Shown here: positions 60,301-64,000 of the stretch, piece by piece | Layout of the letters: every line of letters starts with the position of its first letter | Position numbering within the stretch: position 1 is the stretch's first letter | The notes under the pieces: model-generated | Told to the model about the DNA's origin: nothing | The model's input: the letters and a program-made list of their open reading frames with translations, nothing else | Databases searched by the model: none | Source: Octopus vulgaris | Taxonomy: Eukaryota | Direction: 5' to 3' | NCBI GenBank assembly: GCA_951406725.2 | Contig: OX597814.1 | Span: forward strand, 186,434,001-186,498,000 | Length of the DNA stretch: 64,000 nt | Program-made: the position numbers and the translations under genes

Positions 60301-63300
60301 CCATCACCAGTTATTTTGAACATTGAGTAGACGACTTTCTACACATATCCATATATATACAATATTATACATCCATATATACTGTGTATAAACATTTTGT
60401 TTCCATATATATATATATTTTAAATCAATATTACCCAATCATTTAATAACAATTTTAAGAACTAGAGAATTTAGAAACAGCAAAACAGATATGAAGTAGC
60501 TTTGACAAGCCTAATTTAACCCTTGAGATTTTGAGGTATTCAGACTAGTCCCCACTTCATGCTGAAAATGCAATCATTTGAAAACAGATGAACTCAAATA
60601 TTTGTTAGACTCTTTCCATCCTTCTGTCCCATGGTATCTATTACAAAAAACTCAATTTCAAATGTTTATTTTATAAGACTCTTTTCATTGTTTATTCCAG
60701 ACACTGCTCTTAGAGGGAAATGTTCAACTAGTGATTATCAGTAGAGAGAGAGAGAGACGAATGTAGATTCCAGGAGGGAGCTTTCTAAATCATTTTATAT
60801 TTATTTTTATTTTGTTGTTTTGCTCTAAACCATTTCTGTTTATTACTGTATGCTAAAGTCAACCCTATATCTGTAGCCATCACAATCAAATTTACTGACA
60901 AAGCTCTTTTGTTCTTCAACTTTTACCTCTTTGGGTTTATTTCTGATCTTAACTGTATATTGTGACTATTTCCATATATAAATCTCTCTCTCCCTCATAT
61001 ATATACATACATATATATACATATATATACATGAATATATATATATATATATATTTACATAAATGTATGTATGTATTTATATATATGAATGTATATATGT
61101 GCACACACATACAGACACATGTATATAAGAATGTGTGTGTGTCTGCGTGCTTGTAACAGCAGTGAATAATTGCAACTATATGTAAAAAAATAAAAGTTGA
61201 GAAAATGATTTTTCAGCTTTTTCAACTTCACAAGAACACCTGTCTATGAAAATGCGTGAAACTAAAATCAAATCTTTTGCGCTAGCAAGTATGATTTCTT
61301 GCTTTGAAAAAAAAAATAATAATAAAAACAAAAAACAACAAAAACAAAAGACAAAAAAATTTTGGATGACCTCATTATACAACGATAACTTGAACTGTAG
61401 CCAACCTTTTCAGCTGGTTGAACATGATCAATATTTATAAGGACGCTTTGTTACACTGTTTTTCTCTCTATCTGATCTGTCATATATATATATATATATA
61501 TAAATATAATATATATATATATGTATATGTATATATATACACACACACACTCACACATACACACACACACACACCTGTCTCCAAACCATTCCTGGCCTGA
61601 GAAAGTGATATCTTTAATTTCTCTCTTTTTCCATTAGGATGATTATTAAAACCAATTTCTTTTTCTTCCCTACTTTGAGAGACATGAGGTGGTAGAAAGA
61701 GGGTTCAGGGCAAAGGCTGACCAAACCTTAATACCGCATGTTGCAGCTGTGTTATTGGTTCGAGTTAACACAGACAAAACTGCCGATTTATTGCTGCATA
61801 ACTACAGCTGTGTTATCATATGGTTATTATGTGTCAAATTTGAAAACAAAATAAAACCATTTTAATTTTATCTTGTCTTTTAATCTTAACAGAGCTAAAA
61901 AGTTAACTGTGATGTTTTTTCCTCTCTTCATCAGTAAATAGGCAGATGAACTCCCAAGACTCTCCTCATTTCATTGACAAAACACTTGGCTCAAGTATAG
62001 TGTCAGCATGTCACTTTATTTCATTTTTTTACCTTTTTGTTTAATTATAATTACTATTATCTGTCTCCAAACGAAGAGAAATCAATGAATAAATTGCAGT
62101 TTATTTGCAGTGAATCTGGGATCAACAAAAAGAAATTCTAAAAGAATGTCTATCATATAAAACAGATTGTGGGTGGAGAGGCTAGAGCATTTTTTTCTAA
62201 CTTTCCCTCCTTCCCTTCCCCCATAATTTTTTTTTTTTTTGAATTTCATTTCTCAATTTAATTTTTTTTTTCTGTCTATCCTTGAATAAAAACAATGTTT
62301 GCTATGATTTTTTTTTTTTAATTTAATAATCTTTGTAATAATTTTTCAAGAATATTAAATCATTATGGATGTGTCTGTTTAACACAGCTTTATCTCACTC
62401 TCAAACTGTTGATATCTATGGTTTTACTATTACAGTAAAGCAGAAAAATTAAACTGGTTTTGTTGTCTTTTTTTTTTATTTATATATACAAACTTGACTA
62501 CGATAGCATGACCTGGTCTTTGTAGTGCCTTTAGCAGAGTTTATTCTGTTGCCAGCAAGCATTTGGATCGGATCTCCCAGTTTTCTTCCAACCCATGTTT
62601 TGTTTTCTATCTTTTTTTCATTCTTATGCATATTTATACTGAATACTCACAGCAGCAATTCCATCCAGTTTGGGAGGACCTGAAAAAGGTCATGGACTTC
62701 AATACTCCTTTTCCTGGCTAACTTATTGAAGAAACATTTTAATGCTTCATTAATTTTTTAAAAAAACAGAGCACAGCTTTATTTTTAAGGTTTTTGTTGT
62801 AATTTTTAAAAACATCAACATATGATTAAGAAAACTTCTGGATTTCCAGTTTAAGCTGGAAGGATAAGTGGTAACAACTGTAAGCATTTCTTTCCATCCT
62901 TTGAGAAATGACAATACCAGCTTCAACTTAGTCAAAAATAGAACTTAAGGAAAGGCTGCCTTCAGTTGTTAAAAAAAAAGCTGAAAGCTATCAGTTTTAA
63001 TTAATTAGTTTGGCTGTTCTACTTTTTTGGGAGTGGGGGGATAGGACTTATAAATTTGTAAATGAAACCATTTAGCTCTATAGTGATTTGATATCTTAAC
63101 AACAAATTATTGGAAAAATATACTTGCACTGGTTTCTCTCTAAATTTTCTATTGGCCTTATGTCTAAAGAAGAGATTAATCATTGGAGTCAACTCAGGAC
63201 AAAAGATCATAGATAATAGGTTGGATTGGCGTAACTTATTTAGGAATTCGAAAAGTGTGAAACTTTTTTGAGGTTGAGGCACTATAGGCCCAGAAATAGA

Positions 63301-63569
63301 ATTACACAACAATAATTAGAATTAGTTGTGGTTTAGCCCTTAATTCAGTAGATCTGTGATCAAAAGTGTTACTATCTAAAAGCTTGCTGTTTTAGGATAG
63401 TAAAGTTTTCAGGGAAATTTTACTGCTATTTCTCTATCAGATTGAGTGACTGCACAGAGATTCACTCTTCAATTTGTAAAAGTGCACAGCACTGCCATAA
63501 TACAGTTTCTGAAATTTTTCAGTTAAAGGATTTCTTTTAACTCATGGTTTGTATATTCATTCATGATAT

Positions 63570-64000
63570 ATCCTGGCAGGTTCAAATGCAAATATGCTAA
63601 TCACTGTTGTGTATGTCACAGGAGAACAACTTTTTTATCTATTTATAACAAACTTGGCTCATTGGTGCAAGGATTCTGGGATGCTTGTATTTTAATATGG
63701 TGTGTCTTGTTAGAAGTACTCAGAGTTTTGAGCCTAAACAAACCATTGGCTTTGTTTATGAATTTAGCAAATGAATTGTTTGATGGTCACTGCTGATATC
63801 TACCCCGTAATTTAAAAAAATCCTTATTTGAACTGAGTACAGCAAGATCAGAAATGATGATCTGCATATTTGTTCTTATTTTATTCTAGCAGATTAGAAT
63901 GTAAATATGCTAGCCACTATTGAATACATCACTGAACAATTTCTCTTTTACAATGAACAATATCTTCATTACTCATTGGTGCAAAGGATCCTGGGATACC
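63570..64000. repeat. Diverged direct repeat, period ~313 bp, runs off the window
   Basis: ATG(C/T)AAATATGCTA..CACT.TTG at ~63586 and ~63899; CTCATTGGTGCAA(A)GGAT(T/C)CTGGGAT at ~63658 and ~63972. Confidence 0.7.

Noticed and set aside
63850-63935. C/D snoRNA (ATGATGA ... CTGA)
   Set aside because: No terminal stem or recognisable rRNA guide; the motifs are frequent by chance.

Overview
AT-rich, microsatellite- and SINE-dense eukaryotic (metazoan) genomic DNA; the repeat families and composition point to an octopus/coleoid cephalopod (inference). The + strand carries the 3' nine coding exons of a discoidin domain receptor tyrosine kinase (DDR, DDR1/2-like): 2645-2792, 7458-7982, 21817-21945, 24625-25053, 43790-44112, 48990-49117, 51271-51468, 54806-55040 and 56512-56844. 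These splice in phase into 2448 nt (815 aa + stop), covering the end of the discoidin domain, DS-like domain, stalk, TM, juxtamembrane region and an intact kinase; the 5' exons lie upstream of the window. The introns hold tRNA-derived SINEs (several with clean TSDs), RTE LINE fragments, two distinct Penelope-like RT remnants, piggyBac and Tc1/mariner remnants, MITEs, a Helitron-like element nested in a piggyBac-type MITE, and a disrupted RPLP0 retrocopy. Most notable: (i) a ~650-bp element whose inverted arms each carry a degenerate minimal hammerhead ribozyme; (ii) a GC-AG donor with a competing in-frame GT donor and a read-through stop/polyA after the TM exon; (iii) inverted repeats around and just after that exon (dsRNA, editing or circRNA potential); (iv) a locally templated insertion with a 21-bp target duplication; (v) a 5'-complete but 3'-truncated retrocopy. 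No prokaryotic-type system (CRISPR etc.) is supported. All coordinates and translations were read by eye; no database searches were run.
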